The notes under the pieces are model-generated. The model worked only from the letters and a program-made list of their open reading frames with translations. It was not told the DNA's origin and did no database searches. Positions 27,753 through 38,169 of a stretch of DNA of 51,151 nucleotides are shown here, in pieces (position 1 is the first letter of the stretch; each line of letters begins with the position of its first letter). The position numbers and the translations under genes are program-made. The stretch is from NCBI GenBank assembly GCA_018659145.1, contig JABJNB010000079.1:1-51151 (forward strand), read 5' to 3'. The stretch is from Rickettsiales bacterium (GTDB lineage: Bacteria > Pseudomonadota > Alphaproteobacteria > Rickettsiales > JABIRX01).

Positions 27753-29341
27753 GATATTGCAGAGATAATCAAATAATAATTCATCGAATCTCTTATAGCC
27801 TGATATGAAGCATCCAAAAGATCAGTAGAGACCCCTATCGTTGTCCATCTATTTCCCTCATTATCACTAGTCTCAAGCATAACTCTAATCATAGCTTCTG
27901 TAGCTGAACCAGAATTTAAAATTCTGACCTTATAATCAGTTAGCTTAGTATTGGAAATATTAGGATAATAAGTTACCAAAGTTTTTCGTAAAGCCTTATC
28001 TAAAGCATTGACCGGCCCGTTACCTTCCGTGACCGAGATAACCCTCTTATTAAAAACTTCTAGTTTTAAAATAGCCTCAGATGAAGTGATAATCTTACCT
28101 TTGGCATTAGTTCGCTTTTCATCAATAATTTTAAAACTATCCAATTTAAAAAATGTAGGTACGGATTTAAAATATTTAACTGCCAGCAGATAAAATGAAG
28201 CATCAGCCAAGTCATAAGAAAATCCCTCTGATTCTAAGACTTTTATTTCCTCAATTAATTGCGGCAATTTATGATCATTTTTATCAACATCAATCTTAAA
28301 ATCTTTTAGTCTTGAAATAATCGAAGCCTTACCAGCTTGATCAGAAATCAAAATACTTCTCTTGTTACCAACAAGCTCTGGTTTTATATGTTCATAGCTT
28401 GTTGTATCTTTCAACATAGCAGATGCATGCAATCCGCCTTTGTGATTAAAAGCTGCATCACCTATAAAAGGTGCATAACTATCAGATTTTTGATTTATGA
28501 TGTCATATAAATAATTTGATACATGCTTCAATGATCTTAAACGATCTCTATCTACAGAAATATCATAATCTAACTTTAAAGATAATATTGGTATTAAAGT
28601 TGTTAAATCAGCATTACCACAACGCTCACCTAAGCCATTGATGGTTCCCTGGATATGTGATATTCCCGCTCTAACTGCAGCTAAAGTATTTGCAACAGCG
28701 CAACCAGTATCATTATGACAATGAATTGACAAAGCGTCAGCCTCAATCTCTTTTGTTACTTTACCTACAATCTTACTAATCTCATGCGGCAAGCTACCAC
28801 CATTAGTATCACATAAGGCAACCCACCTGCTACCAGCCCTATGAGCTGCTTTAATCACTTCCATGCTATATTCTGGATTAGCCTTATAACCATCAAAGAA
28901 ATGCTCAGCATCAAAGATCACTTGCTTACCTTGCGAGACTAGATAAGTGATCGTGTCATAAATGATCTTTAGATTATCCTCAAGCCTAATACCCAAAGCA
29001 TCCGTAACATGGAAATCCCAGACTTTTCCAACAATTGTATAATTCGCTAAATTGCTCGATAATAAATTGGCCAACCCATTATCATCTTTAGGATCATTCC
29101 CTTTTTTTACAGTCATACCAAAAGCTGCAAATTTTGCATGGTCAAGTAAAGGCAACTGATTAAAGAATTCTGTGTCCTTAGGATTAGCTCCTGGCCAACC
29201 AGCTTCGATATAGTCAATTCCTAGAAAATCCAGTTTCTTGGCGATATCTATTTTGTTTTGGGGTGTAAAATCCACATATGATGTTTGAGCGCCATCGCGC
29301 AGCGTTGAATCATACAGGATAATTTTTCTATTAAGAGTCAT
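27749..29341 (-). CDS. cimA: Citramalate synthase (LeuA/CimA family)
   Basis: YDSTLRDGAQ, IEAGWPGANPKD, FDAEHFFDG, HCHNDTG, GNGPVNALD; follows cysS as in other alphaproteobacteria. Confidence 0.9.
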   Translation of the reverse strand: MTLNRKIILYDSTLRDGAQTSYVDFTPQNKIDIAKKLDFLGIDYIEAGWPGANPKDTEFFNQLPLLDHAKFAAFGMTVKKGNDPKDDNGLANLLSSNLANYTIVGKVWDFHVTDALGIRLEDNLKIIYDTITYLVSQGKQVIFDAEHFFDGYKANPEYSMEVIKAAHRAGSRWVALCDTNGGSLPHEISKIVGKVTKEIEADALSIHCHNDTGCAVANTLAAVRAGISHIQGTINGLGERCGNADLTTLIPILSLKLDYDISVDRDRLRSLKHVSNYLYDIINQKSDSYAPFIGDAAFNHKGGLHASAMLKDTTSYEHIKPELVGNKRSILISDQAGKASIISRLKDFKIDVDKNDHKLPQLIEEIKVLESEGFSYDLADASFYLLAVKYFKSVPTFFKLDSFKIIDEKRTNAKGKIITSSEAILKLEVFNKRVISVTEGNGPVNALDKALRKTLVTYYPNISNTKLTDYKVRILNSGSATEAMIRVMLETSDNEGNRWTTIGVSTDLLDASYQAIRDSMNYYLIISAIS

Positions 29342-30710
29342 TTTTTCTAGTAACTTTTATATTGCCTTCTAAGAGATATTCCAACTTATAACCAAGATCT
29401 AACAAGTTATTACGAATTATATCTGCAGCACTATATTCTTTGTCTAACCGACATTGCCTTATTGCCTCTACCTTTTTAAGGATATCATGCGGAATTTCAA
29501 GCTCTAATTGAGTTTTGGATATATTCAGAATAGCTAAAAAATCACATGCTTTATATAGATTAGCCAAAGCATTTAGATCACCCTCCTTAGCTTCTTTATA
29601 TATTTTATTAATATAACCTATAGCGTTTGGTGTATTTAGGTCATCCGATAAATAATTGGCAAACTCTGATGGCAACTCCTTAGTTAAATTTGGAATATCA
29701 ATTTTGTCCAAATTACTAATTATTAACTTATTAAACCTTTGATTCTGCTTGATCGCATCACTAAGTGATTTTTCGTTAAAATCTAATGGTTTTTTATAAT
29801 GGCTAGTTAAGAAGAAAAAGCGCAAATCTTTGCCATCAACACCCCGGTTTAATAAATCTTGCATGGTAGTAAAATTACCTAAAGACTTACTCATCTTCTC
29901 GCCATTGACTGTTAAAAAACCATTATGCACCCAATATTTGGCATATTCACTTCCCTCATTAGCACAACATGATTGAGCAATTTCATTCTCATGATGTGGG
30001 AATTTTAAATCAGCTCCACCACCATGAATATCAAAATTCTCTCCTAGCAATTTAGTCGCCATAGCCGAACATTCAATATGCCAACCGGGACGTCCAATGC
30101 CCCAAGGGCTATCAAACTTTACCGAAATATCATCTTCTCTATTACTTGGTTTCCACAAAACAAAATCTAGACTATCTCTTTTATACTCAGCAACTTTAAC
30201 TCTGCGGCCAGAGATAAGATCTTCTATTCTCTTACCTGACAATTTGCCATATCCAGAATACTGCCTTACATCAAATAATACATGTCCTCCTGAGACATAA
30301 GCGTAACCATTAGCTATTAGCTTCTCAATTAAATCAATTATCTGCGCTATACTCTCTGTAGCCTTTGGTTCCATTGTTGGCTTTAAAACATTTAGTTGCT
30401 CAACATCATCATGAAATCCTTTTATAACTTTATCAGTGAGTTGATTAATTGATATTTTCTGCTGCTTGGCTGCATCGATAATTTTATCATCTATATCCGT
30501 GATATTACGCACATAAGTAACTCTTGGATAAGAATACTGCAAAAAGCGATATAACAAATCATACACCACTATTGACCTGGCATTACCAATATGCGGCCTG
30601 TTATACACCGTTGGTCCACAAACATACATCGTAATATGATTACTGTCATAGGGTATAAACTCCTCTTTTATACCTGTTAAGCTATTAGAAATATAAATCT
30701 TACTTAGCAT
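29331..30710 (-). CDS. cysS: Cysteinyl-tRNA synthetase
   Basis: MYVCGPTVY, HIGNAR, GRPGWHIECSAM, FPHHENE, KMSKS. Confidence 0.97.
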   Translation of the reverse strand: MLSKIYISNSLTGIKEEFIPYDSNHITMYVCGPTVYNRPHIGNARSIVVYDLLYRFLQYSYPRVTYVRNITDIDDKIIDAAKQQKISINQLTDKVIKGFHDDVEQLNVLKPTMEPKATESIAQIIDLIEKLIANGYAYVSGGHVLFDVRQYSGYGKLSGKRIEDLISGRRVKVAEYKRDSLDFVLWKPSNREDDISVKFDSPWGIGRPGWHIECSAMATKLLGENFDIHGGGADLKFPHHENEIAQSCCANEGSEYAKYWVHNGFLTVNGEKMSKSLGNFTTMQDLLNRGVDGKDLRFFFLTSHYKKPLDFNEKSLSDAIKQNQRFNKLIISNLDKIDIPNLTKELPSEFANYLSDDLNTPNAIGYINKIYKEAKEGDLNALANLYKACDFLAILNISKTQLELEIPHDILKKVEAIRQCRLDKEYSAADIIRNNLLDLGYKLEYLLEGNIKVTRKNDS

Positions 30711-32037
30711 ATTTATTAATTCGAGATATCGTTTCAGGCATACCCAAATATGGTATTATTTTTTTTAATTCAGGTCCAAAGTCATACCCCGTTAAGCTTA
30801 ATCGGATAGGGTTAAACAACTCTCGACCTTTGCGACCAGAATTTTGTTTTATAGCACTCATCCACTGCTCATAGAAACCCTCTGATAAATCATCTGGCAT
30901 CAATTTAGCGCAGATACCAAGATACTCTCTATCCTCTGCCGAGAATTCTATATCTTCGGGATTATTGATTGCCCCTGACCATTTGATAATATCTAGAATA
31001 TTATCTAAATTATCTTTGATGATTTCATAAACATCTTCTTCTAGCTCAGTAATATCAAACTCTGCCGCTTTAGCTTTAATTGCTGCAAAATCATATTTTA
31101 CTAATGTTTTACGATTTAACCGGCTCAAATCTTCTTCATTATAGATAACAGCTGAATGTGCAAAATATTTAAATTGAAAATTTTCGGATAATTTGTCTAA
31201 CGTTATTTCAGGCACAACATTATGCGAAGTACCGATCTTAGCTAAATAACTATTTACCGTATTCTTATCAATACCTTGAGCCCTAAGCGACCTTATTTCA
31301 TGACCGCCAAATCTCTTCGAGATTTCGCCCTCTTTGCCCTTTAATAAAGACAAATGCGTAAATCTAGGGATTTTACCACCCAAGGCTCTAAAAATCTGTA
31401 TTTGAATTGCAGTATTTGTAATATGATCTTCACCCCTAATAATATCGGTGATATTATAATCTATATCATCCACAACTGAGCAAAATGTATAAGTTGGACT
31501 TTTATCTTCACGAACCAAAATAGGATCTGAAAATGCCCTGGCTTTAAATAAAATATCACCCCTAATACGATCCCGCCAAGCTATCTCTTCATCATTTAAC
31601 TTAAAGCGATAATGCGGAGCCATCCCACTAGCTAACTTGGCCCCTATCTCTTCTTTAGTTAGTTTTAAAGATGATCGATCATAAATTGGCGGAACTTTAC
31701 GTGATAATTGAATTTTACGCTTTAACTGTAATTCATCCTCTGTTTCAAAACAAGGATACAATCTTCCATCCGCTATTAAGCGTGCTTTTGCTTCCTCATA
31801 AACATCCAGTCTATCTGATTGCTTAAAAAATTTATCATATTCAATACCAAGCCATTTGATATCTTCAACTATGGCCCTAGTATATTCGTCCTTAGAGCGC
31901 TTAAAATCTGTATCATCTATTCTGACATAAAACTGTCCAGAATTAGCTTTGCTATATAAATAATTTGTTAATAATGTCCGCGCATTACCAATATGTAAAT
32001 ACCCCGTCGGGCTTGGGCTAAATCTTGTTATGGTCAT
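30700..32037 (-). CDS. gltX: Glutamyl-tRNA synthetase
   Basis: TRFSPSPTGYLHIGNAR, RIDDTD, IRGEDHITNT, ISKR. Confidence 0.94.
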   Translation of the reverse strand: MTITRFSPSPTGYLHIGNARTLLTNYLYSKANSGQFYVRIDDTDFKRSKDEYTRAIVEDIKWLGIEYDKFFKQSDRLDVYEEAKARLIADGRLYPCFETEDELQLKRKIQLSRKVPPIYDRSSLKLTKEEIGAKLASGMAPHYRFKLNDEEIAWRDRIRGDILFKARAFSDPILVREDKSPTYTFCSVVDDIDYNITDIIRGEDHITNTAIQIQIFRALGGKIPRFTHLSLLKGKEGEISKRFGGHEIRSLRAQGIDKNTVNSYLAKIGTSHNVVPEITLDKLSENFQFKYFAHSAVIYNEEDLSRLNRKTLVKYDFAAIKAKAAEFDITELEEDVYEIIKDNLDNILDIIKWSGAINNPEDIEFSAEDREYLGICAKLMPDDLSEGFYEQWMSAIKQNSGRKGRELFNPIRLSLTGYDFGPELKKIIPYLGMPETISRINKYAK

Positions 32038-32266
32038 TGAATAAACTTCTAAAGCAAATGAGAATTAGGGTTTATAGAGCTTTCTTACTTTTGACAAGAA
32101 ATTAAGTTAATTTCAATGAGCCTATCAAACCATAGAAACAAACCCGTATGCATTAAGCTCCCGGCAATAATGGGCTTGTATCCAATCAAAATTGTAAAGA
32201 TTTTTATTCTTAAGATTTTGGATTTTTTGGTAAGATTTTTTTAATAGCCAAAGCTATTCAAAATAA

Positions 32267-32323
32267 ATTATACAAATATAGTACATATTTCAAGAATGAA
32301 AATATTTGTGATTTTGATTCGAG
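32267..32323. repeat. 57-bp dispersed intergenic repeat, copy B
   Basis: Matches 14858-14914. Confidence 0.75.
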
Positions 32324-32423
32324 ACAGACACATAATTTAAAGTATGAGAATAACGGTCTTCTTTATCAATTCAAAACTACTCTGGGTATTAGTAATAAGG
32401 GGGTCTTGCAACTGCTGAATAAA

Positions 32424-32657
32424 TTACCACTTATCTTTTGCTCTCTTGCGGCTTGGCAATATAAGTTTTTTTAATTTTCTTAAACTAGTTTTAAACCCCT
32501 TTCGGCCTTGTGATTTATCTAGAGAAGGAGCTGCTAGTTTAACTAGGTTTGTATTCTGCTTATGAGTCGAAATAGCTAGCAAGATGGTTTGTACACGACG
32601 CATTCTTATCCTAGCCATCATTTTTTTGGTGGGCTTTTTGGACTTCTTAAACAGCAT
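32424..32657 (-). CDS. Small, very basic hypothetical protein
   Basis: 77 aa, Lys/Arg-rich; start overlaps the stop of the upstream small ORF. Confidence 0.5.
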   Translation of the reverse strand: MLFKKSKKPTKKMMARIRMRRVQTILLAISTHKQNTNLVKLAAPSLDKSQGRKGFKTSLRKLKKLILPSRKRAKDKW

Positions 32658-32784
32658 CTTCTGTTGCCTTAACTTTCTTGCGCCTAATTAAATTAGCTCT
32701 TAAGTTTTTTGCCAAATTATCCTGCTTGTTTTTAGCCTTAAGCTTTTTGTTATCTTCGGATGTGACTATTTTCTTATCATTCAT
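32647..32784 (-). CDS. Small basic protein (45 aa) missed by the ORF track
   Basis: MNDKKIVTSEDNKKLKAKNKQDNLAKNLRANLIRRKKVKATEDAV; overlaps the aspS stop; LAxxLRxNLxRRK resembles a small conserved alphaproteobacterial protein. Confidence 0.65.
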   Translation of the reverse strand: MNDKKIVTSEDNKKLKAKNKQDNLAKNLRANLIRRKKVKATEDAV

Positions 32785-34585
32785 CCGGTTTGCTTAATTG
32801 GCTTTTTTTCTCAATCTTAAGCGACAGCTCTTTTAAATGTGACGGATCTACAGTGTTTGGAGCATTCATAAGCAAATCCTGAGCTTGTCCATTTAAAGGG
32901 AATGCTACAACTTCTCGAATGTTTTCCGTTCCCATAATCATCATCAAGATACGCTCTATTCCAGGGGCCAAGCCACCATGAGGAGGAGCTCCATAATGAA
33001 AAGCATTAATCAATGCTGGAAATTTATTATCAACCACAGATTTATCATAACCTGCAATCTCAAATGCTTTATACATCACCTCAGGCTTGTGATTTCTGAT
33101 AGCCCCACTTGATAACTCAATACCATTGCAAACAATATCATATTGGTAACCTAAAATATCTAAAGGATCTTTATTTAACAAAGCATCCATGCCACCTTGA
33201 GGCATAGAAAAAGGGTTATGTGAAAAGTCTATCTTGCCAGTTGTTTTATCCTGTTCATATAACGGATAATCAACTATCCAACAGAATTGATAACTATCCT
33301 CAGGAACTTGCTTTAAACGCTTAGCACATTCAACCCTAACCTTACCTGCAATGTCACAAGCAACCAGTTCATCATCACTAGCGAAAAATACCGAATCACC
33401 ATCATGCAAATTACCCCGAGATTTAATCTCAGCCAACTGCTCAGGTGATAAGAATTTTGCTATTGGACTTTTAACCTCCCCCTCTTCTGTAAAGATGATA
33501 TAAGCTAAACCCTTAGCACCATTCTTAATCGCATAATCAATCATATTATCAAAAAAGCTTCTTGGTGACTTGCTTGAATTTTTACATGGGATCGCACGAA
33601 CAATTTTACCTTGCTTAATATTCTTAACAAAAATAGACAATTCAGATTCGGCGTAAATATCCGTCACATCATATATTTCCGTAGCTACCCTAAGGTCTGG
33701 TTTATCATTACCATATTTTAACATGGAGTCTTTATAGGTAATCACAGGAAATCTATCATTACTATCCAATGGTATTTTCTTATCTGTAAATTCTTTAAAT
33801 ATATTATATAAAACCGGCTCGATAACATCGAACACATCTTGCTGAGTCACGAAAGCCATTTCTATATCCAGTTGGTAGAATTCACCCGGAGATCTATCCG
33901 CCCTTGAATCCTCATCTCTAAAGCATGGTGCCACTTGAAAATATTTATCAAATCCGGAGGCCATCAATAATTGTTTAAATTGCTGAGGAGCTTGAGGAAG
34001 AGCGTAGAATTTACCTGGGTTTAATCTACTCGGCACCAAAAAATCTCTTGCTCCCTCTGGTGATGATGCAGTTAGGATTGGTGTTTGTATTTCAAGAAAT
34101 CCCTGCTCCACCATCTTTGAGCGCATATGCGTAATGATCTTCGAGCGCATTATCATTCGCTCCTTCATCTCGCTACGTCTTAAATCTAAGAAACGATTCT
34201 TTAATCTTAACTCCTCTGGATAATTAACATCTTCTTCATTAACCTGAAATGGTATTTGCTTAGCCGCAGATTCGATATGAATTGTTTTGGTTTGTATCTC
34301 CACCTCTCCTGTAGCTAAATTTTTATTAACAGCATTATCACCACGCGCTACTACCAAACCTTCGATCGTAACAACTGACTCTAACTTAACCTTAGCAAAA
34401 ATATTAATATTTTCATTATTAGAAGCCTCTACAACACACTGGGTAATTCCATAAAAATCCCTAATATCTAAAAAAAGCAAATCTCCATGATCACGCTTTA
34501 CATTCACAAATCCTGAAATTTTAACCGACTCACCGATATTGCTCTTCCCTAATTCACTACAATTATGGGTTCTATATTCATGCAT
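32777..34585 (-). CDS. aspS: Aspartyl-tRNA synthetase (probably non-discriminating)
   Basis: YRTHNC, RDHG, PEGARDFLVPSR, LPQAPQQFKQ, CFRDED, GAPPHGG. Confidence 0.97.
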   Translation of the reverse strand: MHEYRTHNCSELGKSNIGESVKISGFVNVKRDHGDLLFLDIRDFYGITQCVVEASNNENINIFAKVKLESVVTIEGLVVARGDNAVNKNLATGEVEIQTKTIHIESAAKQIPFQVNEEDVNYPEELRLKNRFLDLRRSEMKERMIMRSKIITHMRSKMVEQGFLEIQTPILTASSPEGARDFLVPSRLNPGKFYALPQAPQQFKQLLMASGFDKYFQVAPCFRDEDSRADRSPGEFYQLDIEMAFVTQQDVFDVIEPVLYNIFKEFTDKKIPLDSNDRFPVITYKDSMLKYGNDKPDLRVATEIYDVTDIYAESELSIFVKNIKQGKIVRAIPCKNSSKSPRSFFDNMIDYAIKNGAKGLAYIIFTEEGEVKSPIAKFLSPEQLAEIKSRGNLHDGDSVFFASDDELVACDIAGKVRVECAKRLKQVPEDSYQFCWIVDYPLYEQDKTTGKIDFSHNPFSMPQGGMDALLNKDPLDILGYQYDIVCNGIELSSGAIRNHKPEVMYKAFEIAGYDKSVVDNKFPALINAFHYGAPPHGGLAPGIERILMMIMGTENIREVVAFPLNGQAQDLLMNAPNTVDPSHLKELSLKIEKKSQLSKPDE

Positions 34586-34662
34586 AATTTATATTCACTG
34601 TTGTATTTACGACCTAAAGGCAGATGTTGACATAAATCAATTTCCAACGTCCGACTTTGGGA

Positions 34663-35499
34663 TTATATATTCAAAGCCTTGCATATAGCAAGAATTGTTT
34701 CCGATCTATTTAAAGTATAGAAATGAAAATTATTAATATTATTAGCCTTAAGATCTAAACATTGATCTATTACTAACTTTTCAGCTAAAGCTTTTTTATC
34801 ATTATCCGTCTTAGCCTGCGCAAATAAATCATAATATTTTTTTGGCACATGACTATTGCACCCTTCAGCAAATTTTATCACCTGATTAAAATTCATTATA
34901 GGTAATATACCAGGCACGATCTCGGCCTTTAAATTCATTCTTTCAATATGATTTAAAAATTCGTAATATTTATTATTATCGAAAAAAAACTGAGTAATTA
35001 CTCGAGTTGCTCCACTATCTATTTTACGCTTAAGATTATCTAAATCATCAATCAAAGTTTTAGCCTCCGGATGCTTCTCAGGGTATCCAGCAACCGAAAT
35101 CTCAAAATCTTTAAAAGATTTTAACGCTTCAACCAATTGCCAGGCATAATCGTAACCATCTGCTGGATGAATATAACCATCAGGCAGATCTCCGCGCAAA
35201 GCGACTATATGCTTAACACCCTTATCCCAATAATCCTCAGCTATATCTTTGATCTCCGCTTTAGAAGAGCCTATACAAGTTAAGTGAGATGCTGGAACCA
35301 AAGCTGTTTCTTCAATAATCTTTGAAATTATTTTATGAGTTCGATCTCTTGTTCCTCCTCCAGCACCATAAGTAACTGAAACAAATCTAGGTTTTAAAAA
35401 TTGTAACGACTCTACCGACTCCCACAACAATGCTTCCATTGCCTCTGTTTTAGGCGGAAAGAACTCAAATGATATCTGTATATCCTTGGAATCTAACAT
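34663..35499 (-). CDS. metF: 5,10-methylenetetrahydrofolate reductase
   Basis: SFEFFPPKT, VSVTYGAGG, ALRGD, AGYPEKHPE, ITQFFF, HFYTLNR. Confidence 0.96.
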   Translation of the reverse strand: MLDSKDIQISFEFFPPKTEAMEALLWESVESLQFLKPRFVSVTYGAGGGTRDRTHKIISKIIEETALVPASHLTCIGSSKAEIKDIAEDYWDKGVKHIVALRGDLPDGYIHPADGYDYAWQLVEALKSFKDFEISVAGYPEKHPEAKTLIDDLDNLKRKIDSGATRVITQFFFDNNKYYEFLNHIERMNLKAEIVPGILPIMNFNQVIKFAEGCNSHVPKKYYDLFAQAKTDNDKKALAEKLVIDQCLDLKANNINNFHFYTLNRSETILAICKALNI

Positions 35500-35504
35500 T
35501 GTAT

Positions 35505-36104
35505 CTATTCTTGTTTAAAACTAGTTTCTTCACCAGCTAATAATCTTTTTATATTAGCAAAATGCTTATATATAACCAGCGAAGCCAGTATAACTGAGGA
35601 AATTAAATAATCATCATGAAAGGATATTTGATAAGCAAAAACTGATACCATAGCTACAACTGAAGCCAAAGACACTATATAAAACATTTTATAAAAAATA
35701 CACCAAGACACAACCATCATAAGGCACATCATGGGTGATGTGTAAGATACAATTACTATTAAAGTTGCAACACCCTTACCCCCTTTGAATTTTAACCATA
35801 CTGGATAAATATGCCCTAGTACCGTAGATATAATCACCAAATTCTTTAAGAGCACGCCTTCTATAGTAAAAAAATTAAAACAGACATAGACTGCCAACAC
35901 CCCCTTTAGCCCATCTAAACAAAAAGTTACAATACCGAGCTTTTTACCAGCCACCCTCATAACATTAGTAGCTCCTATATTACCAGAACCAACTTGCTGT
36001 ATATTTTGCTTCTTAAAAATTTTAGTTAGCAGAAATCCAAATGGAATACTACCAATCAAGTAAGCAATAGGAATTGCTGATATTTGTAAAAACACTTCAC
36101 CCAT
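35505..36104 (-). CDS. plsY: Glycerol-3-phosphate acyltransferase
   Basis: YLIGSIPFG, GSGNIGATN, GHIYP..FKGGKGVAT, HFANIKRL..GEE. Confidence 0.95.
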   Translation of the reverse strand: MGEVFLQISAIPIAYLIGSIPFGFLLTKIFKKQNIQQVGSGNIGATNVMRVAGKKLGIVTFCLDGLKGVLAVYVCFNFFTIEGVLLKNLVIISTVLGHIYPVWLKFKGGKGVATLIVIVSYTSPMMCLMMVVSWCIFYKMFYIVSLASVVAMVSVFAYQISFHDDYLISSVILASLVIYKHFANIKRLLAGEETSFKQE

Positions 36105-36164
36105 AATAACTTATAAAAATATTACTGATAATCACTTTCGAATGCCCCTTTCTATATAATAAAA

Positions 36165-37196
36165 TTACGCTTCTAAGTCAAAACTATAATGATCTAAAAA
36201 CCTAGGATCATTTTGGAACAAATCTCTTAAATCCGCTACACCATATTTAAGCATAGTCAATCTTTCAACTCCCAGACCAAGGGCAAACCCTTGATATTCC
36301 TCGGGATTAATGTCACAATTATTAAGCACATTACTATGTATCATACCACACCCCATAATTTCCATATAATCATTACCGCTGCCAATAATAAGTTTATTAC
36401 CCCTCTTGGTACAAGCTATATCAACTTCAGCAGACGGCTCTGTAAACGGGAAGTAACTAGTCCTAAACCTTGTCTTAATTTCACATTTAAAAAATCTTCT
36501 AAGAAATTCATTGATACAATAGCGTAATTCTGCAAAATTAACTCCTTTATCAAGATAGAGAGCTTCTACCTGATGAAACATAGGTGTATGAGTAGAATCA
36601 GAATCTGATCTATAAGTTCTACCAGGAGAAATAATCTTTATTGGCGGCTTGTTCTTTAGCAAGGTTCTAATCTGTACAGAAGATGTGTGAGTTCGTAACA
36701 AATAATCCGGTGAATCAATATAAAAAGTATCATGCATCTCTCTTGCAGGATGATGATCTGGAATATTCAAAGCATTAAAATTGTAATAATTACTCTCTAT
36801 CTCAGGACCGTCAGCTACAGCAAACCCTAGATCTTTGAATATACCGGTTATTTCTTCTAAAACATATGTAATTGGATGCAGTTTACCAAAGATTTTAGCT
36901 CTAGAGGGAAGAGTTATATCTACAGTCTCACCTGCTAATTGCTGATGTAAAGTCGACAAATCTATTTCCTCTTTTTTTTGAGCCAATTTTGACTCAACAT
37001 AATTTTTTAATAAATTAATTTCTTTACCAGCCTGCTTTTTTGCCTCATTCGTAACATTCACCAAATCTTTAAAAAGGCTACTAACCTTTCCCGTCTTACC
37101 AATATAGGCAGATTTAAGATTATAAATATCTTCTATGGTTGATGTTTGTGATAATTCAGAATTAAAATTGTGCTTAATCTCTTCGTAATTAACCAT
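36165..37196 (-). CDS. pheS: Phenylalanyl-tRNA synthetase alpha subunit
   Basis: HPAREMHDTFY, LRTHTS, FHQVE, YFPFTEPSAE, GLGVERL; ATG at 37196 preferred. Confidence 0.96.
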   Translation of the reverse strand: MVNYEEIKHNFNSELSQTSTIEDIYNLKSAYIGKTGKVSSLFKDLVNVTNEAKKQAGKEINLLKNYVESKLAQKKEEIDLSTLHQQLAGETVDITLPSRAKIFGKLHPITYVLEEITGIFKDLGFAVADGPEIESNYYNFNALNIPDHHPAREMHDTFYIDSPDYLLRTHTSSVQIRTLLKNKPPIKIISPGRTYRSDSDSTHTPMFHQVEALYLDKGVNFAELRYCINEFLRRFFKCEIKTRFRTSYFPFTEPSAEVDIACTKRGNKLIIGSGNDYMEIMGCGMIHSNVLNNCDINPEEYQGFALGLGVERLTMLKYGVADLRDLFQNDPRFLDHYSFDLEA

Positions 37197-37244
37197 AAAT
37201 ATCAAATATGTTTACATGATGACCAATGGGCCACCATACAAAAA

Positions 37245-37592
37245 CTAAACTTTTACAGTATTGACCAAAGTTTTGAATGATTCTGGACTAGTCGCAGCCA
37301 TTTCAGACAATTGCTTTCTATCAAGAGTAATATTAGCCTTTTTCAATAAGCTAATAAGGATAGAATATTTTAAGCCATGCTCACGAGCTGCGGCATTAAT
37401 TCTTTGAATCCAAATACCTCTTAAGTCTCTTTTCTTATTTCTTCGATCCCTATATGCATATTGCAAAGAGCGTTCAACCCTAGTTAATGCAATCCTATAA
37501 CAACTTTTTGCTCTTCCTCTAAAACCTTTTGCAAGTTTTATAACTTTTTTATGTCTTTTTTTGGCGGTTACGCCTCTTTTTACTCTAGCCAT
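37245..37592 (-). CDS. rplT: 50S ribosomal protein L20
   Basis: [22 protein letters not shown]. Confidence 0.97.
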   Translation of the reverse strand: MARVKRGVTAKKRHKKVIKLAKGFRGRAKSCYRIALTRVERSLQYAYRDRRNKKRDLRGIWIQRINAAAREHGLKYSILISLLKKANITLDRKQLSEMAATSPESFKTLVNTVKV

Positions 37593-37603
37593 TGGATATT
37601 ATA

Positions 37604-37807
37604 TTATTTATAAGGTAAAAATTGTTTTACGATAGTTGCATCAGATTTGCACAAAGTAGTGGTTCCGCGCAGCTCTCTAATTGCAAGTTTACTTCTTTTC
37701 CGCATACCATGCTTTTTACCAGATTGAGCACATACAACGCTTCCATTTTTCTTGATAGTAAAACGCTTCTTTGCACCAGATTTACTTTTTAATTTATACT
37801 TTGCCAT
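37604..37807 (-). CDS. rpmI: 50S ribosomal protein L35
   Basis: [16 protein letters not shown]; upstream of rplT. Confidence 0.93.
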   Translation of the reverse strand: MAKYKLKSKSGAKKRFTIKKNGSVVCAQSGKKHGMRKRSKLAIRELRGTTTLCKSDATIVKQFLPYK

Positions 37808-38166
37808 TATTCATTCCCTACAAGTTCTATAATCGCCATATCAACAAAATCACCACTACGTGGGCCTGTTTTGATAATTCTAGTATAACCACCATTTCTA
37901 TCCTTATACTGAGGACAGACATCACTGATCAACTTAGCTGTCTTAGCTTCATTTTTAAGAGCCGCTATTAACTGACGCCTTGAAGATAAAGTGTTTTTTC
38001 TTCCCATAGTAATCAACTTCTCAAAATATGGCCTTAGAGCCTTTGCTTTTGATACAGTTGTTTTAATTCTACCATGCTCAATTAACGAACAAGACATATT
38101 ATTCAACATTGCCATTCTATGAGCAGTTTTCTTATTTAATTTTTTTTGACTAATTAAATGTTTCAT
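37807..38166 (-). CDS. rplQ: 50S ribosomal protein L17
   Basis: [22 protein letters not shown]. Confidence 0.96.
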   Translation of the reverse strand: MKHLISQKKLNKKTAHRMAMLNNMSCSLIEHGRIKTTVSKAKALRPYFEKLITMGRKNTLSSRRQLIAALKNEAKTAKLISDVCPQYKDRNGGYTRIIKTGPRSGDFVDMAIIELVGNE

Positions 38167-38169
38167 TGC

